From assembly GCA_951406725.2 (NCBI GenBank), contig OX597826.1, positions 34,658,001 through 34,722,000 of the forward strand: a stretch of 64,000 nucleotides of DNA. The letters are read 5' to 3'. The position numbers and the translations under genes were made by a program. This document shows positions 26,998-41,790 of this stretch, piece by piece (position 1 is the first letter of the stretch; each line of letters opens with the position of its first letter). The stretch is from Octopus vulgaris (taxonomy: Eukaryota). The notes under the pieces were generated by a model, which searched no databases, was not told the DNA's origin, and saw only the letters and a program-made list of their open reading frames with translations.

Positions 26998-29975
26998 TTT
27001 TTTTTTCATTCCTCACAGAATACCCCGTCGCAAAGAATGGACAAATATAGTCATTAGTTTCTGCCTTCTGGTGCTGCTGAGGTTGAAAGACCAATTCAAG
27101 AATTCTAGACAAATGAAGGCCTGTATGGGTGTATATATACATACATACATACATACATACACACATGTATATATACTCACACGGAGCTTCCATATATATA
27201 TATATATATATACACACACATACAAACATACATATATATATATATATATACAGAGAGAGAGGGGGGACATATCGACATAGATACATACGCACATGTCCAC
27301 ACACACACACACACATGCGGACCGGTGTTTGGAGACGGGGAGTGACTTTTGACTTGCAATAGCAATATTAATAACGAAGCTTTTATTTAAAGAATGCCTC
27401 TGGAACACAGAACAGTATATTTCAAAATTTTCGTTTATTAGTATTATTAATACTTGAAATCGTCGGAAGTTTGCTCTGTGGTACTTGTTTTGGCTGTTTA
27501 CCGTTTGAGTTCAAATCTTACCGAAGCCAACTTTAACTCTCATCATTTTAGGGTCGATATAGTATGTTACCAGTAAAGTATTGGCGTTGTAGATATCGCT
27601 TCCTCTCGAATTTTCTCTTCCTATTTAGAAACCGTTGTTACAACTAATATTCCTCAATTTTGGGAAGAGTATAAAATTGCTTACAGTAAATATATATCAT
27701 GTGCTGGATGACAATCTGCTGATGTGGATCTTGTCCTTGCTTCCAGAAAATTCTATAAAATATCCATTGGGGCTGACCAAAGCCCTTGCAACGTACCCTA
27801 TCTGTCCTGCATAGCTTAGTTAAGAAATAACTATTATCATTGTTTTATTGCTAAATGTATGATGTGCGTTGTGTAAAAAGTTACTTCGACTTATGCTGGG
27901 TCCACGTTGTGTATTCCGTTTCTGATAAACTTTCTTTCATACCATCTCTACTATTAGTGGTCTAAAACTCAAAGCAAGGCTTTAAAAACTACTGCAGGAA
28001 TGTACAAATATCATAAAGTATTTGTATCAGAGAACGCCATATAATATCTTGTTGATATCCTTCAGTTTAATGATAGCCTTGATCGAGCAACCAGTACAAC
28101 CTCGATCTCAACATTCATTATTTTCTATCAGGAAGGGAATCACCCATGTATCAAACACACCGTTCTCTTGTTTCTCCACGCGCCTTATCATATGGGGCTA
28201 TCAGTAGAATGCTATTAATAACAGAACAAGTCTGGTAATTTTATTTCTTTCTTTTGTGGCTTGATGAACAATATCAGCAATTATAAACATAGATTTATTA
28301 TTTAACGTATATTTCGGCTGCAAGCAAAAGTTCATAAATTAAATAATGTCTGTGGAGGCGCGACCATTTTTAAAGTTACGTAATGTCCCCAGTGAATATA
28401 ACTACAAAACAGCTATTTCTCCATGGTATATGTAAATCCAAAACGATTTATATATAACAAGTATACTTGTTATATATAAAAAATACTGCAAGTAGAACTT
28501 TCTGAAACAGTAGATTTTATGAGGTCGGTACTTGAAGTGACAGCTCTGTACAAATGCTGGTGATATGACTGAGTTTCCTCATGATATCATTTGTGAAAAT
28601 GCTTTCGGAAAGAGTCATTGGATAAACGGTGCATCAGGATGAACGTGTAAGTTCGGATGTGTTTTACCAACTTTATGAATATAGAATCCACTGAAATATA
28701 TAGTTGTGGAATCAGAGCCTAGAAAACATTTTGCAGCACAATCTTTTAGGAGCACATGGACCATTATGTAAGTCCACGAAGTGACATAATGTAGCAAATA
28801 CTTTTTGTTTCCCAGATTCCAGAACTAGAGTCACCTTCGTATAGATATATACAAAGTAAGGCTATAAAATGCTTTTAATGTCAGGTACCAGTGTTAGCGT
28901 ACCTATATGTTAATAGTAAAGGTTCCTTGAAATACAGTAATGTCTGAAGACAGATATGAGCTCAATAAAGTATCACAAATCTCCGTTGAACATTTTATCA
29001 ATAATAAAGACACCGGCAGCAAGACAAAAGATATGAAGAGCTGCTAAAAGTAGCTGGAAGAGTCGAGTTAAAACTACACTGCTAAATTTAGTAGGAAGAA
29101 CGGGATTTTTCAATGTTCATAATGTCGTCCGCACATCTTCACAGTCAGGGAATTTTATGTAAGATATAAGGTTTAAAGGACGTTAGTTTTATTTCCCCTT
29201 TATTGCCACAATTTAATCAAGACAGTACACACGTGTGCACACGCATATGCACACAGTGAAAACACAACTATATACATTCAAATATATATACACAATCATA
29301 TCTCACTTATATACGTACATAGAGATTTCTATATCATTTATTTCGCAAGAAATGAGTCTTATTAAATTTCACTGAAATACAATCACACTAAAAATGCGAT
29401 AATGTTTATAATGGATTCAGTGCTAGGAACGAAATATAATTCACGGTTGTTTATCTCTTGTGGGTTGACGCCGAAACACGTCAACCAGGTGCAGATCTCT
29501 CGATCTCTCTTGCTATCACTTGCCCTCTCTTATTCTCTTGCTCTGACTCTCTCACTCGCCTCTCTCTCTCTCTCTCTCACACACAAACATTTATATATAG
29601 ATTTTTAGTTATACACGAAAATATTCGTACATATATATATATGAAGGCGCACGTGTGTGTGTGAGGGTGAGTGCGTTTGTGCTTGTGCGTGCTTCTTAAT
29701 AATGGCTTAAAAGAGAATAATTACCCTGATTATCAAAACTAATCAAGTGAAAATTTGCTATATACAGTTAAAAAAAGATGATCGGATAGGAAGCTATCTT
29801 TATGACCTGATCTTTTGTGTCAGTTTCTCAAGGCTATGACTGCGTGGAACCTTATATCTATGAGCTTTTAACTGAAAAGTCAATTCTTTAGCATGTCATT
29901 ATAAATTCTGAGTTTTGACTTATTCGTTTCATCAAAATAAATATAGTTAATTTGTATGTAATAATGTACACACAC

Positions 29976-30068
<93 letters not shown>

Positions 30069-30487
30069 CACGCACACACAAACAAACACATAGGAGAGTT
30101 TGTTTTGTGATTTGAAAACGCACCTGAATCTAAAAAGCGTGTAGTTTTTAAATAGATTTATTTACACACCACACTAGTTCCGCAAATATTTTGCTTATCA
30201 ATTGTACAAATATGTGTGTGAGAGAGAGTCTGTTGTTATGCATGCGTATTTATGCATGAGTGTGTGTGTGTGTGTGTGTGTGAGTCTTGTTATGCATGCG
30301 TATTTATATAAATATATATATATATGTTTTTGTGTCTATATATATATTTATTTACTTATATTTATGTACAAATACATACAAATGCAAAGACGTGTGAATG
30401 AATCAGTGTTTGTACACCCCCACGCGTTCTGTATCATCTTTTCTTATATAACACGTCTTGCATTGTATATGTGGAACTTGAGACCAA

Positions 30488-30670
30488 TAAATATTGTTTT
30501 CAGTTGTGTTTGTTTGTTTGTCCGTGGACAAGATATCTCAAGAGTCGCAGGATGGATTCGGATGGAACTTTCAGCCATGTTTGGCCTCGTGACTGGCACG
30601 AAGTGATTAGATTTTGGGATCGATCTGGTACCGGAGTAGAATTCTGGATTATTTTTTTTATATTTTCTCT
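30488..30670 (+). mobile_element. Fragment of a DINE-1/Helentron-associated (HINE)-like repeat
   Basis: tgttttcag...gtttgtttgtttgtccgtggacaagatatctcaaga...gatggattcggatggaactttcag...gattagattttggg, a layout typical of such elements. Confidence 0.5.
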
Positions 30671-30997
30671 ACTTTAGATGTATAAGTAAAGTTTCACATG
30701 ATTCTCTTGTACACGCACACACATACACACATATACTTACAACACATTTTCCGCTTTGAGCATTACTATCCAATTTTCATTGTACATAGACACGTTTGCA
30801 CGCGCGCAAACATGCCTCTCTTTTACACACACATATACTCAAACTTCAAACGCCGTTTATCGGCTTTTCACTCCTTTCTTCGTTATTCATCTATCACCCC
30901 TTCCTTTCTCATTTATACGACGCTCTTTTTGCCATTTATCTCCTCTACCTTCACCTCTCACTCGGCTCATTTTTTATATATATATATACATATTTAT

Positions 30998-31036
<39 letters not shown>

Positions 31037-31066
31037 CTTGTATATATACTTTTATACTTTTCATAC

Positions 31067-31121
<55 letters not shown>

Positions 31122-31393
31122 CAAGTGTGAAAAGACATCCGTCATTATTATATTAGGAGGTTATACATACATTTTAATATTATACAGTATACTTACATAT
31201 ATACATAATTCTATACATCGATCTAAAACAACGGGATTACTAAAGAAAGACCGAAATTTAAAAAGAGAAAACCAAAAGGTTTCATGATATTCATTGAAGG
31301 ATTTTATGTCAGATATTCTCATTTTAAAAATCATCTCCGGTTAATAGTTGAGAGGACGTTGGTGTTGCGTTGGCGGTGGTTTGCGCTCTCTGG

Positions 31394-31481
31394 GTCTTCT
31401 TCTTCTTCTTATTATTATTATTATTATTCTTCTTCTTCCTCCTCCTCCTCCTTCTTCTTCTTCTTCTTCCTCCTCCTCCTC

Positions 31482-31566
<85 letters not shown>

Positions 31567-31579
31567 TTCTTCTTCTTCT

Positions 31580-31614
<35 letters not shown>

Positions 31615-31622
31615 TTCTTCTA

Positions 31623-31670
<48 letters not shown>

Positions 31671-31702
31671 CTATCATCATCATCATCATCATCATCATCA
31701 TC
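31394..31702. repeat. (TTC)n/(CTC)n/(TAT)n/(CAT)n compound microsatellite
   Basis: Directly visible. Confidence 0.97.
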
Positions 31703-32235
31703 GACATCATTAACTTCTATCTTCTGTTGTCTTTATCTTTTTCCACCGCCTTCTTTAACTCTTACCCCGTCCCTGACTCTACTTCTTTAATATTTCAATA
31801 GAGATACGTGACATATAATGCTTACGATAGTTCTTTTGATCATCGTAATTTAGAAAGTCAGAAATAGATTCTACTGCAAAATGACGTCTTGGTGACCCGA
31901 AGATTTATTGCTGAAATCTTACATAATGCGTTTCTAATTAGTTTGTAGTTTATCATCGTCAACCTAAGTAACGGACAATTAGCTTGTTCGCCAAACATCA
32001 CATGCATTTATCAAATGAACGGTACTAAGTAAAAACAAAAAGGAACAAGGAAAACAAAAGATAAATAGAAAAAAAAAAACGTGAAAATAATATAAATACT
32101 TAAACAGATGCTAATTTACGGACTATGCTACATTCATTTGACTAATTCTTCCAGGGGCACCGGAGAAACTGTTTAAGACAGATAATATCAGTTAGACTGG
32201 TATGTAATGTTTATGTGGATGTGTATATATATATA

Positions 32236-32292
<57 letters not shown>

Positions 32293-32381
32293 TTATACAC
32301 ACATATATATATATACATATATTTATATATAAATATATATATATATACATACATATATGTACATAACTATAAATATATATG

Positions 32382-32409
<28 letters not shown>

Positions 32410-32412
<3 letters not shown>

Positions 32413-32770
32413 GCATATATGGGTACAGGACATCAAAAAACGTAGACAGAATGAGAAATGAGAACATAACAAAAACATAGAAAACGAACATTTTTTTAAC
32501 AACGAAGAAAACAAACAGAGAAACGTGACATGTAACATAAAGAAAATTCCTTTCATCATTTGGCCCCTGTTTTATCTACTCCGCCTTTCAAAGATAAGAA
32601 CAAGACACGACTTCGTTAACACAATCCTTCCCGAGAAAGCAAATTAAATACAATTTGGGATTTTTTGCGGAGGGTCAAAGTGGTAACAAAAACAGGACAG
32701 TGAGAACAAAACAGTAGAAGAGGGCTGTTAAGCCTATACAACGTAAAGTTATGAACGCTGGAAAAACGAA
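32410..32770 (-). mobile_element. Family H2 element (permuted HHR-like core, decayed)
   Basis: Reverse complement GAAAGgcggaGTAgataaaacaggggccaaATGATGAaagg at ~32549-32590. Ends gtcctgtacccatatatgcat next to (TA)n. Confidence 0.65.
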
Positions 32771-32852
32771 CTTTGAGGAGAGACAGATAAAAGCACATCT
32801 TTTCATTAGGAAGGAATATACATGTGTGCGTGCGCGCGCGCGCGTATGTGTA

Positions 32853-32934
32853 TTGGTGTAGTGGTTAAGAGCGCAGGCTACTAACACCAAGATTCCGAGT
32901 TCGATTCCAGGCAGTAACCTGATTAATAATAATA

Positions 32935-33002
<68 letters not shown>

Positions 33003-33006
33003 AATG

Positions 33007-33057
<51 letters not shown>

Positions 33058-33265
33058 TTAATAATAATAATAATAATAATAATATCAAAAAGTACCTTAG
33101 GAATGAGAACCCAGGTTCGAAATTTCCCCAAGACACCTGATGAAGATTGGCGGGTATATCAGCCGAAACGTTGTGTTAACAGCAAACAAGATAAGGACAA
33201 ATATCCGTCAAATGTAAATAATGTAAATAATTTACATATTTCCTCATCTCTTAAATATAGAACTG
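32853..33265 (+). mobile_element. Composite SINE-like element: tRNA-like head, (GAT)n(AAT)n spacer, 3' hammerhead module
   Basis: A box tggtgtagtgg (32854), B box gagttcgattcc (32897), HHR at 33133-33176. Confidence 0.7.
33133..33176 (+). ncRNA. Minimal type I hammerhead ribozyme motif (Penelope-type)
   Basis: acac-CTGATGA-a-gattgg cgggtata tcagcc-GAAAC-GT-T-gtgt. Perfect stem I acac/gtgt, imperfect stem II, palindromic ACGT stem III. Confidence 0.8.
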
Positions 33266-34954
33266 TATTCTTAAGCTATTCTATCTAAAACACAACTTAG
33301 ATATTTCTCATATTGACTCATATCTGGATGGTATCTTAGACCGCCATATTAATTTTCCTGAGTGACTTGGACATCTGGCTCCATCAAATCCAGATACCCA
33401 TCCTTATCCAAAATTGACCCAATCTACAGAGATGAAGTGATCGAGCCCAGTGCTGGTATGGCACTCATCGCCCAAGAATGATAAAATGTGGAGATGACCT
33501 CATTGTAATTTGAATTTAGAGAGCAGGGACCCAGGATGAAGACGGTGAGTATTCTATGTAGCACTTTAACAATTCCACCACCTTACAGCCCTTATATTTA
33601 TTTTCATTTTGTGCTTAATATCAGCAATGTTGAGGTGTGTGAGGCGGGTATATCGATTACACCAACTGTGATACTTGATTTGCACTTTATTTTATTGATC
33701 CCGGAATGATAAAATCACAAGTCACACGGACGGAGCAGAATAGCAGAAAATTTTGATTCTCTACAATTTATGATGGCTGATTTCTTTCTATTTCTCTTTC
33801 TGTGTCCCCATCTCTTTCACACACACACACTAACACATACACTCTTTCCCCGTTTGAATAACAACATATATACTAGCTAATGATGACGAAAATGTTTCGT
33901 AAGTATGCATATGAAAGTACGTGTGAGTTGATTAATGCGTAGATAGGTGGTGTGTGATGTAGGTGCGTGTAGTTTCTGGGTGTTTGTGATTATGAATATT
34001 TGTATGTATGTGCATGTGAGTATGTGCGGGACTATGAATGTAAAACACACAAAGAAAAACTAGAACGGGTATGCTGTTTTCCGTGGCCTTAGAATGAATG
34101 GAACAGCTTGCTAGACAGACATTAAGCATTCGAAAATTTATATTCTAACGTAAGTCCACCATTATGGAGATTCGGTAAAGATAAGCTGTAATTCAGAGGT
34201 ATGAAATAATATAAAGATTATTTTAACTATATACTATTGACTTTATCCGTAATCCTAAAGAGTTATCAAGTGCTATGAAGGTCAAACAAGTACAATATTT
34301 TCGGCTGTGAAATACTTAGCTATACTTGACTGAACATTTCTTTATTATTTTATTGGAGTTTTACACTGAAATGGCTCCAAAGACGCGTATCACGTCAGTA
34401 TATGTTTATTAGAGATCGTTAGTCTTATAATCATTTGAATAGTTGGGTTGGACAACTAGCTGGTTGGTGTTTGTTTGGTTAGTTGGTTTCGAGGGAATGA
34501 TTGCGCTTAAGATGTGGGGCACTGAGTAACTAAACACTATATTAATTATGTAAAGTGTATTTAAATTCATAAATCTTCATTGAAAGATGAAAAAGAAATA
34601 AATTATGCAACATAAATGTATAAATGGAGAGGATGGAGTGAGATGTATCTCAAAATTTGTCGGGTGTTTGCCTGCGTGCCTCTACAACGTGAGGTATCAC
34701 AGCAATTTAAAGACAACTCCGGATTGCGGTTTAGAACTAAATCACACTGGAAATATTGTTGTATTTTCTGTTATTCTGAAATTTTCTTAAAATCGTTTTA
34801 ATCTTTGGACGACTGCCATATTCTACCAGCACCTTAAGTAGTAGTCAAATTCAATGAATCAACACATTATTATATTCTAATCCTTGTACGTGTTAATCGG
34901 GATGTTTTACGAACCGCTAATCTATGGAATGCAACCCAACCTACAGTGTCGTAC

Positions 34955-35250
34955 ATAACAGCTGTACATTCACAGTCGTGAATTCAATTCTCGGCAATGC
35001 GTTGTGCCCTTAAGCAAGACACTTTATTTCCCGTTGCTCCAGTCTACTAAGCTGTCAAAAATGAGTAGTAATTGCATTTGAAAGGGTCAGCTTTGTCACA
35101 TTCTGTGTCACGCTGAATCTCTCTGACAGCTACGTTAACGGTACACGTGTCTGTGGAGTGCTCAGCCACTTGCACGTTAATTTCACAAGCAAGCTGTTCC
35201 GTTGATCGTATCAGCTGGGACCCTCACCGTCGTAACCGACGATGCTCATT
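34955..35250 (+). mobile_element. tRNA-derived SINE, family C (diverged)
   Basis: B-box-like gaattcaattc, CORE-like gttgtgcccttaagcaagacacttt...gttgctccagtc, then a long GC-richer body. Confidence 0.7.
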
Positions 35251-35254
35251 TCCC

Positions 35255-35308
<54 letters not shown>

Positions 35309-35715
35309 AGATTCACTCGGGACGTATTGATCGCTCCCAAACTAAAATAAATGGTTACCTAAAATGCTGCACCGTGGAACAAGAACCGAAATCACATTTG
35401 CAAGGAGAGCATCCAAACGAAGCAGCTATGCTTTCACTAATATTCATTTCGAAAGCAAATATATACAATGCACTTTATTTACACATTACTATTTATCCGT
35501 TTTCACAAAGGTCAAATTTAAACTTTACACACACACGCCCGCACGTGCACGAATTGTAATATATATGGAACCAACCAGACTATTGGATGTTGCTTATGCA
35601 TCGTTAGTCAAGATGCGCTTTGCACCGTTATAGCTTTTGAATGATGCCACATTACTGGCTAGGCGAAGAGGCCAACATTCACTGAAGAGGCCAATGTAAC
35701 TACATGTGGATTGCT

Positions 35716-35897
35716 GGCGATTTTCTCCCTCCGTCTTCCTTCTGTCTTGGACTTTACTCTGTCTCTTGTATCTGAAGAAAAGCTTTGCTTGAAATGTAAA
35801 ACACCTTTTCTTTCCTTCCCTGATCTTCTTTTAAAACTCTGCATGTACCACGTCTTTGCGTTGCTGTTTTTGCTTGTGTGTTTTTTTTTTATTAATC

Positions 35898-35898
<1 letters not shown>
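35716..35898 (+). mobile_element. Family H1 short element with minimal HHR (diverged copy)
   Basis: tgtat-CTGAAGA-a-aagc ttt gctt-GAAAT-GTA-aaaca at 35767-35803. Homologous to 35961-36140 and ends in (TA)n. Confidence 0.7.
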
Positions 35899-35945
<47 letters not shown>

Positions 35946-35960
35946 CCGCGTGTGTACTGT

Positions 35961-36140
35961 TGGCGATTTTTTTCCCTCTGTCTTCCCTTCTTTGGATCTT
36001 TCCTTTTCCTATGTTTCTGACGAAGAGCTCCGCTCGAAACGTTATACCCTCCTTCTTTCCTGAGCATCCAATAATACTATACATGGTCCACGTCCTCGCG
36101 TTGTTGTGTTTTCTCATTGTGTTTTCATGTTTGGATTAAC
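35961..36140 (+). mobile_element. Family H1 short element with minimal HHR
   Basis: gttt-CTGACGA(36017)-a-gagc tcc gctc-GAAAC-GT-T-atac. 3' end gtttggattaac(ta)n. Confidence 0.85.
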
Positions 36141-36184
36141 TATATATATATATTATATATATATATATTATATATATATATATA

Positions 36185-36240
<56 letters not shown>

Positions 36241-36244
<4 letters not shown>

Positions 36245-36426
36245 ATCCAAACAAGAAAACAGAAAAAAAAGAGAGAAAAAACACAGCAACGCAGGACGTG
36301 GACCAATTAAAGTATTATTGACGCTCAGGAAAGAAGGGAAGGAGGGTTTAACGTTTCGAGCGGAGCTCTTCGTCGGAAACAAGGAGAAGGAAAGATCCCA
36401 AGAAGGGAAGACAGAGGAAAAAATAT
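36241..36426 (-). mobile_element. Family H1 element in inverted orientation, tail-to-tail with the previous copy across (TA)n
   Basis: Reverse complement gttt-CCGACGA-a-gagctccgctc-GAAAC-GT-T-aaac at 36346-36380. Confidence 0.85.
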
Positions 36427-36794
36427 TTGAGCTGGTGGTGCTCAAGAGATCACATATATATATATGCTGTATGTGTGTGTGCGTATTCTGCATATTAATA
36501 TTTACATGTATGGACTGGAATGAATCCCATTGAGAGATTAGTAGCCAAGTTGGCAGTGAGGGTGACGAGTTAGGAATGATTGCTAAATAATACGTTTTAA
36601 CGAAGTTGGAGGTGGAGGAGTTGGGAATAGCAAAACAGAGAAGCTACAGAATCAATGAGACCGCGGCTTTTGTAAAATTGTAGTTACTGTTAACGTGACA
36701 TGATTCCACAGTTTCTTATACACACACAAAAGCGTAATATTATATGTATATACATATATGTGAGTGTGTGTGAGTGTGTGTAAGTATAACCATA

Positions 36795-36813
36795 CATATC
36801 TATCTATCAATCA

Positions 36814-36911
<98 letters not shown>

Positions 36912-36932
36912 ATATCTATCTATCTATCTATC
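36795..36932. repeat. (TATC)n microsatellite
   Basis: Directly visible. Confidence 0.97.
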
Positions 36933-37017
36933 TGTTTTATCTCTATTTCTGGTATCTCTCTCAGTTGAAGAAATCTCTCTGAAAAGTTCGGTGTGTCTCT
37001 TTCTCTACCATATTTTT

Positions 37018-37066
<49 letters not shown>

Positions 37067-37159
37067 GCACAATATGAAGTTTCATGCATTTATCATAGTC
37101 CTAACTCTGCTTCAGCGCATGCGTCTGAAAAGCACACATACACTGTGTGTGTGGGTGTA

Positions 37160-37196
<37 letters not shown>

Positions 37197-37215
37197 GTAT
37201 ATACAGATATATATT

Positions 37216-37248
<33 letters not shown>

Positions 37249-37276
37249 CATATGTATATGTATATACATATATATA

Positions 37277-37340
<64 letters not shown>

Positions 37341-37679
37341 TACAGCGCGCACAAAACCTTGTCCTCTGATAAAGAATGAGTTTGCATTCATGCTCCATCT
37401 AAGCCGTTTAGTAAACATGTCTTGCCCTAACTAGTTGCCAATTCATGATTCAAATACACAGAGCGATTTCTATGAGCAGACATTGATTTTTGTTGCAGTT
37501 GCACTTAGTCCCATTCCCATAATTGTACAGACTGTAAATTAGACATTATTGCCAATCTATCAAAGGAATATTTGCATTAGTCGTCGATTGGATTAAGCAT
37601 GCGGTCATCTGGTTCAGAGTTTACAGACTTTTAATTATTTTTGTCATTTATACACACACACACATACACACACACACAA

Positions 37680-37738
<59 letters not shown>

Positions 37739-38020
37739 TGTGCGGAGAAGCATGTGCACCTATGTACGCATACATACATACATACATATATTCACATATA
37801 GGCATATACATATATATATACATGCATACATTCATACACACACATATAGGCATATGTAGACTTATATGAGTACAGGTAAATATATTTATATACACAAGTA
37901 TTTATTTATGCCCCCTCACACGCGCATACACACACACACACACATATATATATATATTCTAGATATATATATTTTTATATATATGCACGTGTGTACATAT
38001 GTGTGTATGTGTATACATAT

Positions 38021-38051
<31 letters not shown>

Positions 38052-39324
38052 TGTGTATGTATGTATATATATATAAATGTATGTACACACGCACACACAC
38101 ACATATGTAGGCATACATTTTCACGCATACACAGACCGCCTGTACATACACGGCCGTTTCAAAATAGTGCATTTACATTGGCATAAATTCTACCGTAATT
38201 CTCCACTCCAGAATATTAACTTATGGCGCACTGAATAGAATACACAGGTTTAATAACATAAGCCTTTTACAGATCTCTACTCCTTTAACTATAAGTTATT
38301 GCTCTACAGACAAATATAGTTACCTTTATTAAATATCACTCAAAATATATGTTCGTGTCCTTAACGATAATATGTGGGAGGATTTAATCAAAGACGACAG
38401 TGTTCAGGATTAAAATTGTTACCAAAAGCCAATAGCTTATGGTAATCTATAGAATAGTCATTATATTTCCTTTGACGTTAATATATATGCTTGATTTGTA
38501 TTTCGCTTTGTCTGCCTCTGATGTTGCTAATTAATAAGAGCGGCATGTCACGCAGTCATAAATGTTGGACCGGCGTGTATGGAGCAGAGAGTATTCTTAA
38601 TACATTTGTGAAACACATCATGTTTTCTCATAAGTTGATACTGAAACAACGATACGTTTCTTTCAGCTGTATTCCCGGCTCTTTATATATATGTATACAC
38701 ACACACACACACACGCACGCACACTTACACACACATTCATACATACACTGATACACACATATGAGATGTGTCTCCATGTTTAATATTATACACATATATT
38801 ATACAACCTACGTAAATGAATATACATAAATCGTATAGTTATATGTACATGTATATATATATGTGTGTGTATGTGTGTGTGTAGTGTTGGAGTTTAGTGA
38901 TGCTATTGTATTCCGGAACACGCATTACAAAATCAAATAAAACGAGTGAGGCTTGTGCACCCATGTTTTGCGACACACATGAAGGAGAAATCCATGGCTT
39001 AGAGATTTATGGAATTCTAAGAGAGCCTCAACAAAAGAAAGATTTTCCAAAGGCATACACTACTCTTTCTGGAATTTCCTTGTCGAGAATAGCAATGGCC
39101 GAGAATGCAAAGAATTTTGCGAATGAATTGGAAAATCAGTTGCGTAGGAAAGGTTTAAAACCCTTAAAGTGCATCCATAATATTTCGCATTTCAGAAGTC
39201 GGTATTAATAACTATGTGCAGTGTGTTTATTTTACTGGTAACAGCAGCAGCGTCATTGGATGGTGATGGACATATGTTGACAAATGAAGATAGATGATCT
39301 TGTGTGCACTCACACACACTTATG

Positions 39325-39429
<105 letters not shown>

Positions 39430-39465
39430 GTATGTAAAGAATTAATTAATTGCTAATAAATTATA

Positions 39466-39930
<465 letters not shown>

Positions 39931-40019
39931 TGTATACACACACACTTGTATACAAATACACAAAAACACAACACCAAGCATAAAGTAGTATAATGGTTTA
40001 CACATTTAGCAAAACGCAG

Positions 40020-40186
40020 CGGATAAGTCGATTATATCAACTCTAATGATTTGATGATACATATTTAACCGACCCCGAAAGGCAAAGTCAACCTCAGTGG
40101 AATTTGAACTGAGAACGTAAAGAACCGTAAGATACGGCTGAGCATTTTGTCCCGGTGTGCTTTTGATTCTGGCAGCTCGCCGCCTT
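40020..40186 (-). mobile_element. SINE family A
   Basis: gaccccgaaaggcaaagtcaacctc...gaatttgaact...cagctcgccgcct. Confidence 0.8.
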
Positions 40187-40851
40187 CAATATAATATAAT
40201 ATTTTGTATTTATTTCCTTTTACTAGTTTCTTTATATGATGGCAATCCGCCCCGGACCGAGGAAAATCATCGCTGACCCCTATGAATATTATGCAGTCAG
40301 AGAAATTTATACGTAATACCTGCTTCTCTCCTGGGAACTAATGAACCCAGCTCCTTATATACATACTATTTCGCACATACTACAGACCAAGCTTTCCCCA
40401 TTCACTATACAAGCGGTGCGCCTTTAAGCAACACGCTTAAAATATGTATGAAAAAATCCGTATGTCTTCGAAAATTCCCACGCCGTCCTTCCTTTGTTTC
40501 CTCTGTTGGTAGAGAGCGACAAGCATTGCTTTCTCAGTTGACAACCGATATTTCACATGACGTCAACATGAACTTTTCACAGTGGATTTGATTCTTTCTT
40601 GCTACAGTAATGTGCAGGGGCTGAAATATTCCACAGACTCGTAAATCATGAATGGGATATCCAGGCTAAAATATAGGGCACGGTGTGATCTTTGAATTAC
40701 GGTCTGAAACATTGACAGCAAAAAGTGCCTCAAGGATTACTGTAATGAATTTTATGCACACTAACCCGCACACACGCGCGCATACACATACATACATACA
40801 TACATACATACATACATACATACATACATACATACATACATACATAAAAAC

Positions 40852-40886
<35 letters not shown>

Positions 40887-40944
40887 CTTGCATTGTGTTT
40901 TCTCTTTGTTTTTCATGTTTGGATTAACGATATATATGAGGTTA

Positions 40945-41165
40945 TGAGGGAAGTAAATAAGCAGACACTGGTTGTCATGTGGTGGTGGGGAGAAAACACA
41001 CATCTACGACGGGTTTCTTTCAGTTTCCGTCTAACAAATCCACTCACAAGGCTTTTGTTCGTCCGAGGCTATAGTACAAGATACTTACCCAATGTACCAC
41101 ACGGTGAGACTAAACCAGGAACCATGTGATTGACAAGCAAACTTCTTACCACACAGCCACGCCTA
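40945..41165 (-). mobile_element. SINE family B (partial)
   Basis: gacgggtttctttcagtttccgtcta...cttaccacacagccacgcct. Confidence 0.8.
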
Positions 41166-41379
41166 CGCTTTCGTTTTCTCTCTCTTCTTTTACTTTATTA
41201 TTCTATCACTCTTTCATTTTGTCTTCTCACTAATTCTTTTTATCTCCCCCTTCTCCCACTCTTGTTTTTTCCTCTCTTATACTTTCTCTAATTTTTTCTC
41301 TCCTCTTCGCCGTTCTCTGTTACTCTCTCTCCCTCATTCTTCCTCCTTTGCTTTCTCGTGGCTCTCACGTGACCATCGG

Positions 41380-41790
41380 CCATCTTTTTTTCCTTCCCTA
41401 ACTTGTGTTTCTTTCTTTCCTCCTGTACAACTGAGCGAATCAGACGCATTCTTGTCTATCTCCTGTCCGAGTTCGCAACCTCACTTCGTTTAGGCTTGTT
41501 TTCACCCTCCTGTATTTCTTACCAATTTTGACTCTCAGCAAAATCCCAAATTTTATTTAAATTTGCTTTGAGGGAGGAATTGTTTTATCGAAGGCGTATC
41601 TTGTCGTGAAATACGGATTAGAAACAGCTGACAACTGATGAAGCGTCGTTCTGTATGTTGCGTGTCTTGTTTTCCATTTGGTTCCTACATTGTTCGCAAA
41701 AAATGTCATATTCCATGTATTTCGTATTCCATATTTTCGTAGTTTTTGTTGTTTAAATTCTGTGACGTCCTTTGCCTACATATGCATATG
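41380..41790 (+). mobile_element. Family H2 element (permuted HHR-like core)
   Basis: cgt-GAAAT(41608)-acgga-TTA-gaaacagctgacaa-CTGATGA(41635)-a-gcg. Homologous to the 17440 and 32410 copies. Confidence 0.6.

Noticed and set aside
32853-32921. tRNA gene
   Set aside because: A and B boxes are present but the acceptor and anticodon stems do not pair properly, so it is treated as a SINE head. The same applies to 52196-52265.
38897-39208. 103-aa non-repetitive ORF
   Set aside because: No recognisable domain or convincing splice sites. It may be a transposon remnant and cannot be supported.
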